DNA from: Candidatus Methanoperedens sp.
Lineage (GTDB): Archaea; Halobacteriota; Methanosarcinia; Methanosarcinales; Methanoperedenaceae
DNA: 32,000 nt
Direction of reading: 5' to 3'
NCBI GenBank assembly: GCA_027460535.1
Contig: JAPZAR010000007.1
Span: 60,001-92,000 of the forward strand
The notes under the pieces are model-generated. The model saw nothing but the letters and a program-made list of their open reading frames with translations. It searched no databases and was not told the DNA's origin. This document shows, in pieces, positions 16,729-25,517 of this stretch (positions within the stretch are counted from its first letter, which is position 1; the number at the start of each line of letters is the position of its first letter). Made by a program: the position numbers and the translations under genes.

Positions 16729-18235
16729 GGAGAAATGAACGAATTTTTTTCAGTTTCGCTGAATCGCTTTCAAGATTCATGACTTTGCTTTTCAATTCGG
16801 AAATCTTTTTCATATACTTGTTTTTCAAATCATTATAAGTCTGGTCTGAAATCTCTTTATTTACAAGCCTGCTTCCGAGATTGCCAAGGAGATTCTCGTC
16901 TTTCTTTATCGCTCCCTGCATCTGCAACGCATCGTTTTCAGGCTTTGCGATTTCAGCATCCAGCATTGAAATTGCGGTATTCAACCCAAAACTCAGGTAG
17001 TTCCTGGTATCGATATCGAGATTCTCAGGCGGCAAAAGACTATGCTGTTTTCTTTTTTCAGCTTCGAACGCTGATTCTTTTTCTATCTTTGGATTAATTT
17101 TTACCTGTTCTTCCTTATACCCTTCCTCAATATGTGGTGGCAGCGAATCATCAACCTCTGACGCACCAACCTCTACTGCTGTTGGGGTTTTAGCTTTCCC
17201 TGATATATTTTTAAATGTTTTATATACCTTATTAAAAATTACATATGCCATAAAAATCATCGCAAATATGGCTATAAGCCCCAAAATTATAGATGAACCA
17301 TCGGATGTTCCTCCATCGTTTGGGGTAATTGTTGATGTGATTTCCCCGGCAGACCTTACTGTTATGGGTTCCTTCAAAATTTCTTCTTTTTTTGTCTTTA
17401 TGTCGTCCCCAAAATAATATACAACCCATCCTTCCACAACAAAATCGCCTATTTCGTTAGGCTTTAATCTCACTTCAATATCTCTGGTTGCGCCGGGTTC
17501 AAGCTTGTATGTCGAAGTATATTGCCCTGCTGCACCCTGAGTGAATTCTGTTGAAGCAACAGACATGCCGGAAGGGGGTTTTATAATTACCTGAACATTC
17601 ATAACAGGTTTTGTAATAAGATTGACCACAGACAATCTTAACAGAACGTCCTCCCCGACTACCACATTTATTTTCTCCCTATGAAGCGAAACGCTTGCGG
17701 ATAGTTCTTTGACAGTTTCTATGGGTGTTGGAGTAGGAGCTGTACCGGTAGCGGGTTTTATGAGTGTAAACGAATTTGTAATTTTGTCCAGGTCATCTGA
17801 AAAAAATGGATAGTCACTTGTCAGTGAACCCCCTGTTATTACAAAATAATTATTGCCTGATAAAATGAGTACCTGCCTTTCCTTATATTCTTTCTGTTGA
17901 TACTCTTCATAAAACATCAATTCTTTACCGGTCACACCATTAATTGCTACATAATTTTCACTAAAGGGGTAAACACCCAAACTGTTGAGATATCTTATTC
18001 TATCACCTACTATTTCGTCAAAACTCATCCCCTCGGAAGGCACAACAACAACTTTTACCCACGCGCGCCCGGTCTGGCTGCTAAAAGTCTGGTCAGAACC
18101 GTCAGGTTCTTCGATATAATTCCAGCCTGTTGGGTATACTACCTTAAAATCTCCTCCGATATTTGTAAACGTATAAGCTGAAGCATTATTAATTAAAAGT
18201 ACAATAAGTAAAAAAAATAAAATTGTTTTTTTCAT
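16703..18235 (-). CDS. Envelope-cluster protein C: signal peptide, PsbP/Mog1-like domain, beta-sandwich surface domain, TM, cytoplasmic tail with SHOCT-like helix
   Basis: Signal 'ILFFLLIVLLINNASA'. 'FKVVYPTGWNYIEEPDG...' resembles PsbP/DUF1795-type folds. After a TPTPTP linker, 'NVVVGEDVLLRLSVVNLITKPVMNVQVIIKPPSGMSV...AAGQYTSTYKLEPGATRDIEVRL' follows the same pattern as the domain shared by proteins D and E. TM segment 'IILGLIAIFAMIFMAYVIF'. The tail 'LVNKEISDQTYNDLKNKY' is SHOCT-like. The start overlaps the stop of D (ATGA). Confidence 0.65.
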   Translation of the reverse strand: MKKTILFFLLIVLLINNASAYTFTNIGGDFKVVYPTGWNYIEEPDGSDQTFSSQTGRAWVKVVVVPSEGMSFDEIVGDRIRYLNSLGVYPFSENYVAINGVTGKELMFYEEYQQKEYKERQVLILSGNNYFVITGGSLTSDYPFFSDDLDKITNSFTLIKPATGTAPTPTPIETVKELSASVSLHREKINVVVGEDVLLRLSVVNLITKPVMNVQVIIKPPSGMSVASTEFTQGAAGQYTSTYKLEPGATRDIEVRLKPNEIGDFVVEGWVVYYFGDDIKTKKEEILKEPITVRSAGEITSTITPNDGGTSDGSSIILGLIAIFAMIFMAYVIFNKVYKTFKNISGKAKTPTAVEVGASEVDDSLPPHIEEGYKEEQVKINPKIEKESAFEAEKRKQHSLLPPENLDIDTRNYLSFGLNTAISMLDAEIAKPENDALQMQGAIKKDENLLGNLGSRLVNKEISDQTYNDLKNKYMKKISELKSKVMNLESDSAKLKKIRSFLHEKGKYYE

Positions 18236-19821
18236 TTACTTAATTTCCTTGAAAGCAGACCTGCAATCATGAATATACTGATTATGGCCAGTACAACACC
18301 GAATCCAGGTATTTGTATTTTTGGTGTGGATGTAACTGTTGTTGGGGGGAACCCTGGTTCCTCTGAAGGCTCTTTTACATTTATGGAGTATGTAAGACTT
18401 ATGGGCTGATAATTGTCTTTATTATCGCCCGGATAATACAAGCCGCTGAACTGAAGAGTATGTGAACCGATCCTTGCCGATTTATCTGCTTTTATTGTAA
18501 CTGTTATCGTCCTTGCATTACCCGGCGGAACATTGAATGTACCATATACAGTTCCCGCACCTGCTGCCTGGGAGAAACCTTGACCGGATACGTGGAAGCC
18601 ACTCGGTACACTTATACTAGCGTCCACATTCAACACTACGTCGTTTAAAGATGGATTATTCATAAATAATTCCACGATTCCATCCTGGTCGGCTTCTATC
18701 ACATCGGTTACAGGTCTCAGCGTAACAGACGGACCCACGCGGAATTTTGCCTGAACTGTTGGTTTAACCGTAGTAGCTTGAACTGTAGATGGGACTGTAG
18801 TGGATTCAACTGTTGGTTTAACCGTAGTAGCTTGAACGGTAGGTATAGTGGCTTGAATCGTGGGTTGGACGGTAGTAGGAGTATAAACCTCTAATGTACC
18901 TAAAACTGTACTTCCGCTACTTCCACCTGCAACATATAGCTCGCCATTGATTACTACAGCTGCAGTGGAAGACCGTGGCGCCGACATTTGAGCCTTACTT
19001 GTCCATGTGTCCGTAGCCTGGTCATAGACGTCCAGTACGGCTGTGGTTGCGCCAGAGCTATCCGCGCCACCTGCAACGTAAAATTTCCCTCCGATTACCC
19101 CCGAAGCCGCATAAGCGTGCACATTCGGTGATGGAGCAAGACTAGTCCAAATATCTGTTACCGGGTCATAAACATGCAAAAAGTTTCTAAAGCCGCTGTA
19201 GCCATTGCACGGTGTTATGACATAGAATTTCCCGTTAATTACCCCGCTAGCTCCGCAGGCACTGAGCGTTGGCATGTTTGCTTTACTGCTCCAACTGTTC
19301 GTTGATGGGTTATAGACAAAAAGGTTGTTATTGGGAAGTCCTGGGGAAACGGTCCATCCACCCGGGATATAAAGCTGTCCGTTGATCACTCCTGCACCAT
19401 CTCCCTGATACCGACCTCCAGGCATGGGAGCAAGTGTTGTCCACGTGTCCGTTGCCGGGTTATAAGCCTGTAGCGAGGGATCCTCGCGCGTTCCACTGGT
19501 GCCCCCTATGACGTAAAGGATTCCATTAATCACTTCGGCTGCCGACTCGGATAGAGCCGTGGGCATCGGAGCCTTTATTGTCCATGCGTCTGTTGCCGGG
19601 TCGTACACCTGCAAGATATTAACAGCGGTACCGGAAACATCACGCCCCCCCGCAACGTATAATTTACCATCGATAGCAGCTGCTGCAACACCACCTAAGG
19701 GAACAGGCATAGGGGCTTTGGTAGTCCAGGTGTCGCCCAGGGCAAGAGCCTGATTGCCAGCAACCAACAATAAAAGTATACCGTATAGTACAATCTTAAA
19801 TATTTTACATGTGCGCTTCAT
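18232..19821 (-). CDS. Envelope-cluster protein D: secreted six-bladed Kelch-repeat protein with PGF-pre-PGF-like domain and PGF-CTERM anchor signal
   Basis: Six repeats of the type 'DTWT.KAPMP......(I/V)NG.LYV.GG'. A Thr/Val/Gln-rich linker. A domain of about 125 aa starting 'FRVGPSVTLRPVTDVIE...'. The C-terminal 'IQIPGFGVVLAIISIFMIAGLLSRK' is PGF plus TM plus a basic tail, i.e. an archaeosortase-type PGF-CTERM signal. I place the start at ATG 19821 (MKRTCKIF...) rather than the TTG at 19842 in the ORF track. Confidence 0.8.
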   Translation of the reverse strand: MKRTCKIFKIVLYGILLLLVAGNQALALGDTWTTKAPMPVPLGGVAAAAIDGKLYVAGGRDVSGTAVNILQVYDPATDAWTIKAPMPTALSESAAEVINGILYVIGGTSGTREDPSLQAYNPATDTWTTLAPMPGGRYQGDGAGVINGQLYIPGGWTVSPGLPNNNLFVYNPSTNSWSSKANMPTLSACGASGVINGKFYVITPCNGYSGFRNFLHVYDPVTDIWTSLAPSPNVHAYAASGVIGGKFYVAGGADSSGATTAVLDVYDQATDTWTSKAQMSAPRSSTAAVVINGELYVAGGSSGSTVLGTLEVYTPTTVQPTIQATIPTVQATTVKPTVESTTVPSTVQATTVKPTVQAKFRVGPSVTLRPVTDVIEADQDGIVELFMNNPSLNDVVLNVDASISVPSGFHVSGQGFSQAAGAGTVYGTFNVPPGNARTITVTIKADKSARIGSHTLQFSGLYYPGDNKDNYQPISLTYSINVKEPSEEPGFPPTTVTSTPKIQIPGFGVVLAIISIFMIAGLLSRKLSK

Positions 19822-19916
19822 GATACTCTTCTTTCCGCCCAAATCGGATATCGGTAGATAAATCGTTCAGCTGGAAAAAATATATTTCAGCTGAACTTGA
19901 ATCGTTTTCGATCTAT

Positions 19917-20630
19917 CTATTTTTTCCTTGAAAGTATTCGTGCAATTGCAAATACACCAAAGATAGCCAGTACAGCACCAAATCCAGGTAATTGTACTTT
20001 GGGTGTCTCTGCCCCTGTTGGAACCGCTTTGGGATTTGTAGGTTCGGCACTCTCTGGATTCTTTGACGCTGCCTTGACGGTTACAGAGTATGTAAGACTC
20101 AAAGGCTGATAAGCGTCTTTATTGTCGCCAGGATAATACAACCCTGTAAACTGAATAGTATGCGAGCCTATCCTTGCTGATTTATCTGCTTTTATAACAA
20201 CTGCTATTGTCCTTGCCGTGCCAGGTGGAACACTGAACGTACCTGATACCACTCCTGCACCTGCCGCCTCTCCGAAACTTTGACCGTAAACATGTATACC
20301 GGCGGGTACACTGATGCGTGCATCAACGTTTAGCGTCACATCGTTCAAAGACGGGTTGTTCATAAACAATTCCACAATTCCATCCTGGTCTGTTTCTATC
20401 ACATCGGTTACAGGTCTTAGCGTAACGGACGGACCTACGCGGAATTTCCCTTGAGTTGTTGTGGCTGTGGGCGCAGCTGTAGTGACTACAACAGTCGGCA
20501 CAGCGGTTGTAGCTACCACCGTAGGCGCTGTTGTCGTTTGAGCAGGCGTTGTTTCATTTTGTGATAGCGCAGGAGTTGCCAAGATCACAAAAAGTAACAA
20601 ATTTACAAATAAAAGTTTTAAAGTTTTCAC
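19917..20630 (-). CDS. Envelope-cluster protein E: secreted PGF-pre-PGF-like domain protein with PGF-CTERM anchor signal
   Basis: GTG start preceded by GAGGTG. Signal peptide 'LLFVNLLLFVILATPALS'. Thr-rich linker. A 125-aa domain that is 104/125 identical (manual alignment) to that of protein D. The C-terminal 'VQLPGFGAVLAIFGVFAIARILSRKK' is a PGF-CTERM signal. Confidence 0.8.
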   Translation of the reverse strand: MKTLKLLFVNLLLFVILATPALSQNETTPAQTTTAPTVVATTAVPTVVVTTAAPTATTTQGKFRVGPSVTLRPVTDVIETDQDGIVELFMNNPSLNDVTLNVDARISVPAGIHVYGQSFGEAAGAGVVSGTFSVPPGTARTIAVVIKADKSARIGSHTIQFTGLYYPGDNKDAYQPLSLTYSVTVKAASKNPESAEPTNPKAVPTGAETPKVQLPGFGAVLAIFGVFAIARILSRKK

Positions 20631-20794
20631 AAAACACCTCTATGTATGATTATTATAATTATTATATATACCTTTTCACTCTTCAATATTGTCTAATTAT
20701 AGGAATATAAAATAAAATTCTCGATATTTTTCAACCATAAATAATTGAGATGTAGTAAGCATTATATATTGTCATGATTATTATCAGACTAATA

Positions 20795-21628
20795 ATGAAA
20801 AATAAAACCTTACTATTATTTGTGGTTTTACTTCTTGTAATAACAGCAGGGTGTGTGGGGTCTAATGAAACCCCAAGACCGAATAATTTAGGTGCGCCTT
20901 CAAAATCATTCGAATCGCCATTACAGGGAAAGGTAACAGGCGACACAGGAAATGCAGTTAATATCATCGACAGGAAGATTATCTCAACCGCAAGCGTTAC
21001 ACTGGAGGTAAAAAGCGTAGAAAAGGCTTCTAATGAAATAACGAAAATAGTAGAGGCAAGCCAGGGTTTTATATCAGATTCATCAACCTACGATTCGGGG
21101 GGGAGCAAAAACGGCCAGATGACTATAAGGGTTCCTCAGAAGAATTTTTACTCAACCATAGAACAAATAGAAGCATTGGGAACCGAAAAATCTAGGCAGA
21201 TTTCAGGCCAGGATGTAACAGAAGAGTGGATAGACGTGGGGGCCCGCCTAGATAACTTCAAAAAACAGGAATCAAGATTCCAGGAAATATTGAAAAATGC
21301 ATCCACGGTTAAGGATGTTCTTGAAGTCGAGCGTGAGCTTGAACGGGTGCGCGGGGAAATAGAAAGCCTTACCGGGAGGATGAACTATCTAAACCAGAGC
21401 GTTGAAATGTCCACTATTACAGTAAATGTTATGGAACCGGCGCCAATAGCAGGCGATGGATGGGGGATAACTGAAGCGCTCAGGGAGGCCGTAATTGGAT
21501 TTATCGGGAGTGTAAATGGGTTAATCGTGTTCACCGGGTACATTCTACCGATAGTGGTATTTATTGCATTGATGGTATTGCTGGCAAGGTGGGTTAAAAG
21601 GAAAGTCCTGCCGTGGCTGAAACAATAG
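20795..21628 (+). CDS. DUF4349-family lipoprotein-like membrane protein
   Basis: 'MKNKTLLLFVVLLLVITAGC' is a signal with a lipobox-like Cys. 'ASVTLEVKSVEKA...MTIRVPQKNF...DVTEEWIDVGARLDNFKKQESRFQEIL...LEVERELERVRGEIESL...STITVNV' and the C-terminal TM helices follow the DUF4349 layout. The start is chosen at the second Met; the ORF track starts at 20774. Confidence 0.7.
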   Translation: MKNKTLLLFVVLLLVITAGCVGSNETPRPNNLGAPSKSFESPLQGKVTGDTGNAVNIIDRKIISTASVTLEVKSVEKASNEITKIVEASQGFISDSSTYDSGGSKNGQMTIRVPQKNFYSTIEQIEALGTEKSRQISGQDVTEEWIDVGARLDNFKKQESRFQEILKNASTVKDVLEVERELERVRGEIESLTGRMNYLNQSVEMSTITVNVMEPAPIAGDGWGITEALREAVIGFIGSVNGLIVFTGYILPIVVFIALMVLLARWVKRKVLPWLKQ

Positions 21629-21667
21629 ATAAATAAAGTTTTCTATGCAATGCCGCGAAATTAGTCA

Positions 21668-22000
21668 TCAACCGAAGACTTGACAGAACATACTAACAAC
21701 TTTGCTGCAAGCACTACGCGAATGAGTAACCACACCTTTTATTTTCTTCGCTATATAGCTCAAAGAATACTTCGGAGGATATCTGAATAAGATATGGACA
21801 TGATCAGGATTGACTGCTATCTCGATGATCTCAATATCCAATTCTTTGCAGGTCTTGCAGATTATGCCCTGGGCGACCCTCACCTGTCAGTATCTTTCCC
21901 CGTATTTGGGGGCGAAAACCAAATGGTCACTCAGCAATGATACCGTATGCCTGTCATGGCGAAGCTCTTTCTTTTTACCATTCCATCCATAGCTGATACT
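21668..22000 (-). pseudogene. tnpA: Degraded IS200/IS605-family Y1 transposase (tnpA) remnant
   Basis: The minus-strand translation reads '...ELRHDRHTVSLLSDHLVFAPKYGERY*QVRVAQGIICKTCKELDIEIIEIAVNPDHVHILFRYPPKYSLSYIAKKIKG...'. 'HLVF.PKY' and 'PDHVHIL...P..S.S..........KG' are the conserved Y1_Tnp blocks. There is an in-frame TGA after KYGERY and no in-frame start. The C-terminal catalytic-Tyr region is replaced by unrelated sequence. I found no flanking IS hairpins or tnpB. Confidence 0.75.
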
Positions 22001-22057
22001 CTGAGACGTTATCTATGAGCCTGTTGGAAGAGCAGGGCGAAAATAATCAATACAGAT

Positions 22058-23383
22058 TCAGAGAGTCTTTCTGCCTTTTATCCTTTCAATTATCCGTCTT
22101 TTCTTCTCAATAGCCTGCGCCGCCGCCTTATCCACAGCCTTTTTCATCTCTTCAAAATCCCCCGGGGTTTTCTCCCCCACAAGCTTCTTGATAGGTGTGT
22201 AAGCGGACTCCCGGAACCTGGGGGTAAAATCGCGAACTTCCCCATTGATGATCAATTCCGCCCCTTCCCCATCTTCTATCCTTCCTACGATATCGATAGC
22301 CACACCTTTCCTGCGGACGCAATCCAGTATTTCCTGTGAATACTCAGTAGGGGCTATTATTAAAAGAGCGTCCAGCGAGACGCCAAGATAATCTATTTCA
22401 AGTTTATCGAGCATCGCAAGCACCTTACTGTTCACGAGCGCCCGCAGCTTTTCCTCCTCGAAAATAAGTTTGACCCCCGCAGTCCTTGAGATCTCCTTTG
22501 CATCCCCGCGCACCCCGCCATTGGTAACATCGGTCATTGCATGTATCTTTGCGATCACCCCGGCATCGAACAGCCCCTCGCACGCATCTATGAATTTTAG
22601 GTTGATGGTCTCATCCACGATGTTGTGCATCCCGTAATAAAGCGCAATCGTCGAAACAGTCCCGCCTCCCGCGCCTTCAGTCATAAGTATTACATCACCG
22701 GGTTCTGCCTGGATACGCGCGGTGAGACTCTCGGCAACGCCCACTGCGCCCACACCGCCAGTCATCCTCTCCCCTATGACCATATCCCCGCCAATGCGAA
22801 GCGTGCTTCCGGTTATCAGTGGTACACCCGTCAGTTCCGACACTGCGGTGATACCAGCTATATGGTCGAATATCTTTCCTACATCCCCGTCGTCAGCCAC
22901 ATGGATATCCGAAAGCATGGCAACTGGCCGCGCTCCCATCACGTACACATCCCGAAGCGCTGCGCGCGCCACATGGAAACCCGCAAGGAACGGGAAATCC
23001 GAGAGGCGTGAATGCATGCCGTCGATAGTGACCACAAGATATTTTCCTCCGGCACGCACCACTCCGGAATCGTCAAGATGGGACGAATCCACGACAGCAG
23101 AGGTTCTGCCGATCACTTGCGCGATTTTCTCATGTGTATAAAAATCACCCATGCCGCGTGATCCGACGCCGAATTCTCCCATCGTGATCCTTGAGTTTAT
23201 CGGTCTTAGCAATTCGCCTCTGGGATCCAGAGTGGCTTTAGCCTCCACGATGACAGCGTCTGCAATCTCCCGGGCGTGCTTTCGTGAGATATTTTTTATC
23301 TCAAGTATCCTCTCTGCCAGCTTTTCCCGAAGAGCCGGATCATTGCGCCGGAGTCCCCGCTTGGCATAGCCTTCAAGATCCAT
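22058..23383 (-). CDS. AIR synthase-related (PurM superfamily) protein, archaeal COG2144-like
   Basis: 'LDDSGVV...YLVVTIDGMHS' and 'MTDVTNGGVRGD' are PurM/HypE/SelD-type N- and C-domain motifs. The start is set at ATG 23383 (MDLEGYAKRG), preceded by GGAGAG. This gives 441 aa and an 11-nt overlap with hisH, instead of the 101-nt overlap of the ORF-track start. Confidence 0.7.
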   Translation of the reverse strand: MDLEGYAKRGLRRNDPALREKLAERILEIKNISRKHAREIADAVIVEAKATLDPRGELLRPINSRITMGEFGVGSRGMGDFYTHEKIAQVIGRTSAVVDSSHLDDSGVVRAGGKYLVVTIDGMHSRLSDFPFLAGFHVARAALRDVYVMGARPVAMLSDIHVADDGDVGKIFDHIAGITAVSELTGVPLITGSTLRIGGDMVIGERMTGGVGAVGVAESLTARIQAEPGDVILMTEGAGGGTVSTIALYYGMHNIVDETINLKFIDACEGLFDAGVIAKIHAMTDVTNGGVRGDAKEISRTAGVKLIFEEEKLRALVNSKVLAMLDKLEIDYLGVSLDALLIIAPTEYSQEILDCVRRKGVAIDIVGRIEDGEGAELIINGEVRDFTPRFRESAYTPIKKLVGEKTPGDFEEMKKAVDKAAAQAIEKKRRIIERIKGRKTL

Positions 23384-23984
23384 AACTCTCCACAAAGTTC
23401 CGAAGCATACGAAGCCCTGTTGCGCCGCTTTTTTCAGGATGGAACTGCGTTCCCACAACATTTCCCGCCTCATTGGTTATTATCGCAGGGAACTCTATCC
23501 CATAATCGCAAGCCGCAGCCTCATATTTTTCGTGGGCTTTTACATAGTATGAATGCACGAAATACACGAATGAGCCGTTCTCTACCTTTTCCAGAAGCGG
23601 TATATTCTTTTTTATGATGAGAGAGTTCCAGCCCATGTGGGGGACCTTCAATTCAGATGCCTGGAACCGTATCACTCTTCCCGGGATTATGTCGATACCC
23701 TTGTGCAATCCTCCCTCTTCGCTCTCAGATGCCAGCATTTGCATGCCAAGGCAAATCCCGAGGAGCGGCTTGCCCTCGTCCACTGCGTCTTTAACCACGC
23801 GTTGAAGTGTTGAAAAATGCATCATAGCATCGCGAAATGCCCCCACGCCGGGAAGTATCAGTGCATCGGCGTTATCGATTGCCGAGGGCTCATTTGAGAT
23901 CTCAACATCGGTACCTATGTACTGGAGGGCTTTTTCTATACTGCGAAGGTTCCCAAGACCGTAGTCAATTATGATGATTTTCAT
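23373..23984 (-). CDS. hisH: Imidazole glycerol phosphate synthase, glutamine amidotransferase subunit
   Basis: 'MKIIIIDYGLGNLRS', 'LPGVGAF', catalytic 'GICLGMQML' and 'FHPEKSG' are the canonical HisH class-I GATase motifs. 203 aa. Confidence 0.92.
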   Translation of the reverse strand: MKIIIIDYGLGNLRSIEKALQYIGTDVEISNEPSAIDNADALILPGVGAFRDAMMHFSTLQRVVKDAVDEGKPLLGICLGMQMLASESEEGGLHKGIDIIPGRVIRFQASELKVPHMGWNSLIIKKNIPLLEKVENGSFVYFVHSYYVKAHEKYEAAACDYGIEFPAIITNEAGNVVGTQFHPEKSGATGLRMLRNFVESYGS

Positions 23985-24001
23985 TTTGCATCAATTAGTT
24001 T

Positions 24002-25147
24002 TTAAATACTTAAATCCTCAAGGCGCCTGGCAGCTTCCATCAAAGTCTCGTCTTTCTTTGAGAACGTAAATCGCAGCTTGTGCTTTCCTGTTTCGCTCCT
24101 GTAGAAACTGCTCCCCGGGACAGCTGCCACGCCCACCTCGCTTACAAGGTATTTGGCAAAAGCCATATCATCCATTCCCGCGCATTCAGGTATATCTGCC
24201 AGTATGTAATACGCACCCTCAGGCAGCTTGCACTTGAATCCGGATTTTATTAGAGCTTTATAAAGGAGCATTCTCTTTCCATCATACATTCTGGCAAGCT
24301 CCTCATAATACGAATCCGGGAATTGCAGGGCGGTCACACATGCATGCTGAAGCGGAGCAGGCGCCCCCACAGTCAGGAAATCATGCACCTTCCTGATCGC
24401 TGAGGTCAGGGTTTTTTCTGCAAGCGCGTAACCTATACGCCAGCCAGTGACGCTGTACGTCTTCGAGAACCCGCTGATTGTAATCGTTCTGTCCTTCATC
24501 TTGTCCAGCGAGCCAATGCTGATATGCTTTCTGCCATCATACAGGATATATTCGTATATCTCATCAGTGACTGCGATGACATCATGCTCCTCGCAGAGAT
24601 CCGCGATCAATGACAATTCATCTTTCGAAAAAACTTTCCCGCATGGGTTGTTTGGGGTGTTCAGGATGAGAGCGCGTGTTTTTTTATTGAAAGCAGAAAC
24701 AAGTGCATCTTCGTCGATATTGTTGTCCCCGTCTAAAGGAACGAGATGCGGGACAGCGCCCGATACCGCAGCATCAGGACCATAATTTTCGTAAAACGGC
24801 TCGAATAACACGACCTCATCTCCCTCGTTTATCAAAGCCAGCATTGAAGCCATCATGGCTTCGGTCGATCCGCAAGTAACCGTGACTTCGCTTTCCGGAT
24901 CGACATCAATGTAATTATAATTAATCGCTTTTCTTGCTATCTCCTCTCTTAGATCTTTTGCGCCCCACGTGATCGAGTACTGGTTGTAGTCCTCCATTAT
25001 GGCCGAGGCTGCAGCGCGCTTCAGTTCCTGAGGCGCGGGGAAATCCGGGAAGCCCTGGGCAAGGTTGATTGCTCCGTGCTTTATTGAAAGTCGTGTCATA
25101 TCACGAATGACCGACTCTACAAAATGATCAACTCTTCTTGATAACAT
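24002..25147 (-). CDS. Pyridoxal-phosphate-dependent aminotransferase, class I/II (aspartate/kynurenine-type)
   Basis: 'NLAQGFPDFP', 'NTPNNPCGKV' and the PLP-lysine motif 'SGFSKTYSVTGWRIGY' are typical of fold-type I aminotransferases. 381 aa. Substrate not assignable by eye. Confidence 0.85.
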   Translation of the reverse strand: MLSRRVDHFVESVIRDMTRLSIKHGAINLAQGFPDFPAPQELKRAAASAIMEDYNQYSITWGAKDLREEIARKAINYNYIDVDPESEVTVTCGSTEAMMASMLALINEGDEVVLFEPFYENYGPDAAVSGAVPHLVPLDGDNNIDEDALVSAFNKKTRALILNTPNNPCGKVFSKDELSLIADLCEEHDVIAVTDEIYEYILYDGRKHISIGSLDKMKDRTITISGFSKTYSVTGWRIGYALAEKTLTSAIRKVHDFLTVGAPAPLQHACVTALQFPDSYYEELARMYDGKRMLLYKALIKSGFKCKLPEGAYYILADIPECAGMDDMAFAKYLVSEVGVAAVPGSSFYRSETGKHKLRFTFSKKDETLMEAARRLEDLSI

Positions 25148-25318
25148 GGACCGACATTTAGAAGACCAGGAGATATATCTATATTTCGTAATTTGCGATT
25201 TCTGAAATCATATCCCGGTAAATAATTAAAAATAATTACATATTGCAAACTTGAAATCAACTTTAAACCGTTAATCTTATATTTGACTTGTTCAATGGGA
25301 GAAGAAAAGGTGACCTAA

Positions 25319-25492
25319 ATGGTAGCAAAAGTAAAAACTGAAGATTGTACAGGCTGTGGAATATGCGTTGATGAGTGCCCCGCAACAGCAATAACATTGA
25401 AAAATGAAAAGGCAAAGGTAGACGAGGATGAGTGCACTGAATGCGGCACATGCGTTGATTCATGCCCTAACAGTGCGATCACCATGGAATAA
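25319..25492 (+). CDS. 2x[4Fe-4S] ferredoxin (57 aa), below the ORF-track length cut-off
   Basis: Manual translation: [57 protein letters not shown]. It has two complete CxxCxxCxxxCP clusters. Purine-rich GGAGAAGAAAAGGTG lies upstream. It ends 25 nt before the asd start. Confidence 0.8.
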   Translation: MVAKVKTEDCTGCGICVDECPATAITLKNEKAKVDEDECTECGTCVDSCPNSAITME

Positions 25493-25517
25493 ATCAAAAA
25501 TAGCAGAAAGAGCATAC

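Noticed and set aside
23384-23473. ORF-track start (23473) of the PurM-like gene
   Set aside because: It would overlap hisH by 101 nt and add a non-conserved leader. ATG 23383, preceded by GGAGAG, gives a typical length and an 11-nt overlap.
25428-25517. ORF-track N-terminal extension of asd
   Set aside because: The extension overlaps the ferredoxin CDS in another frame and precedes the canonical '[17 protein letters not shown]' N-terminus.
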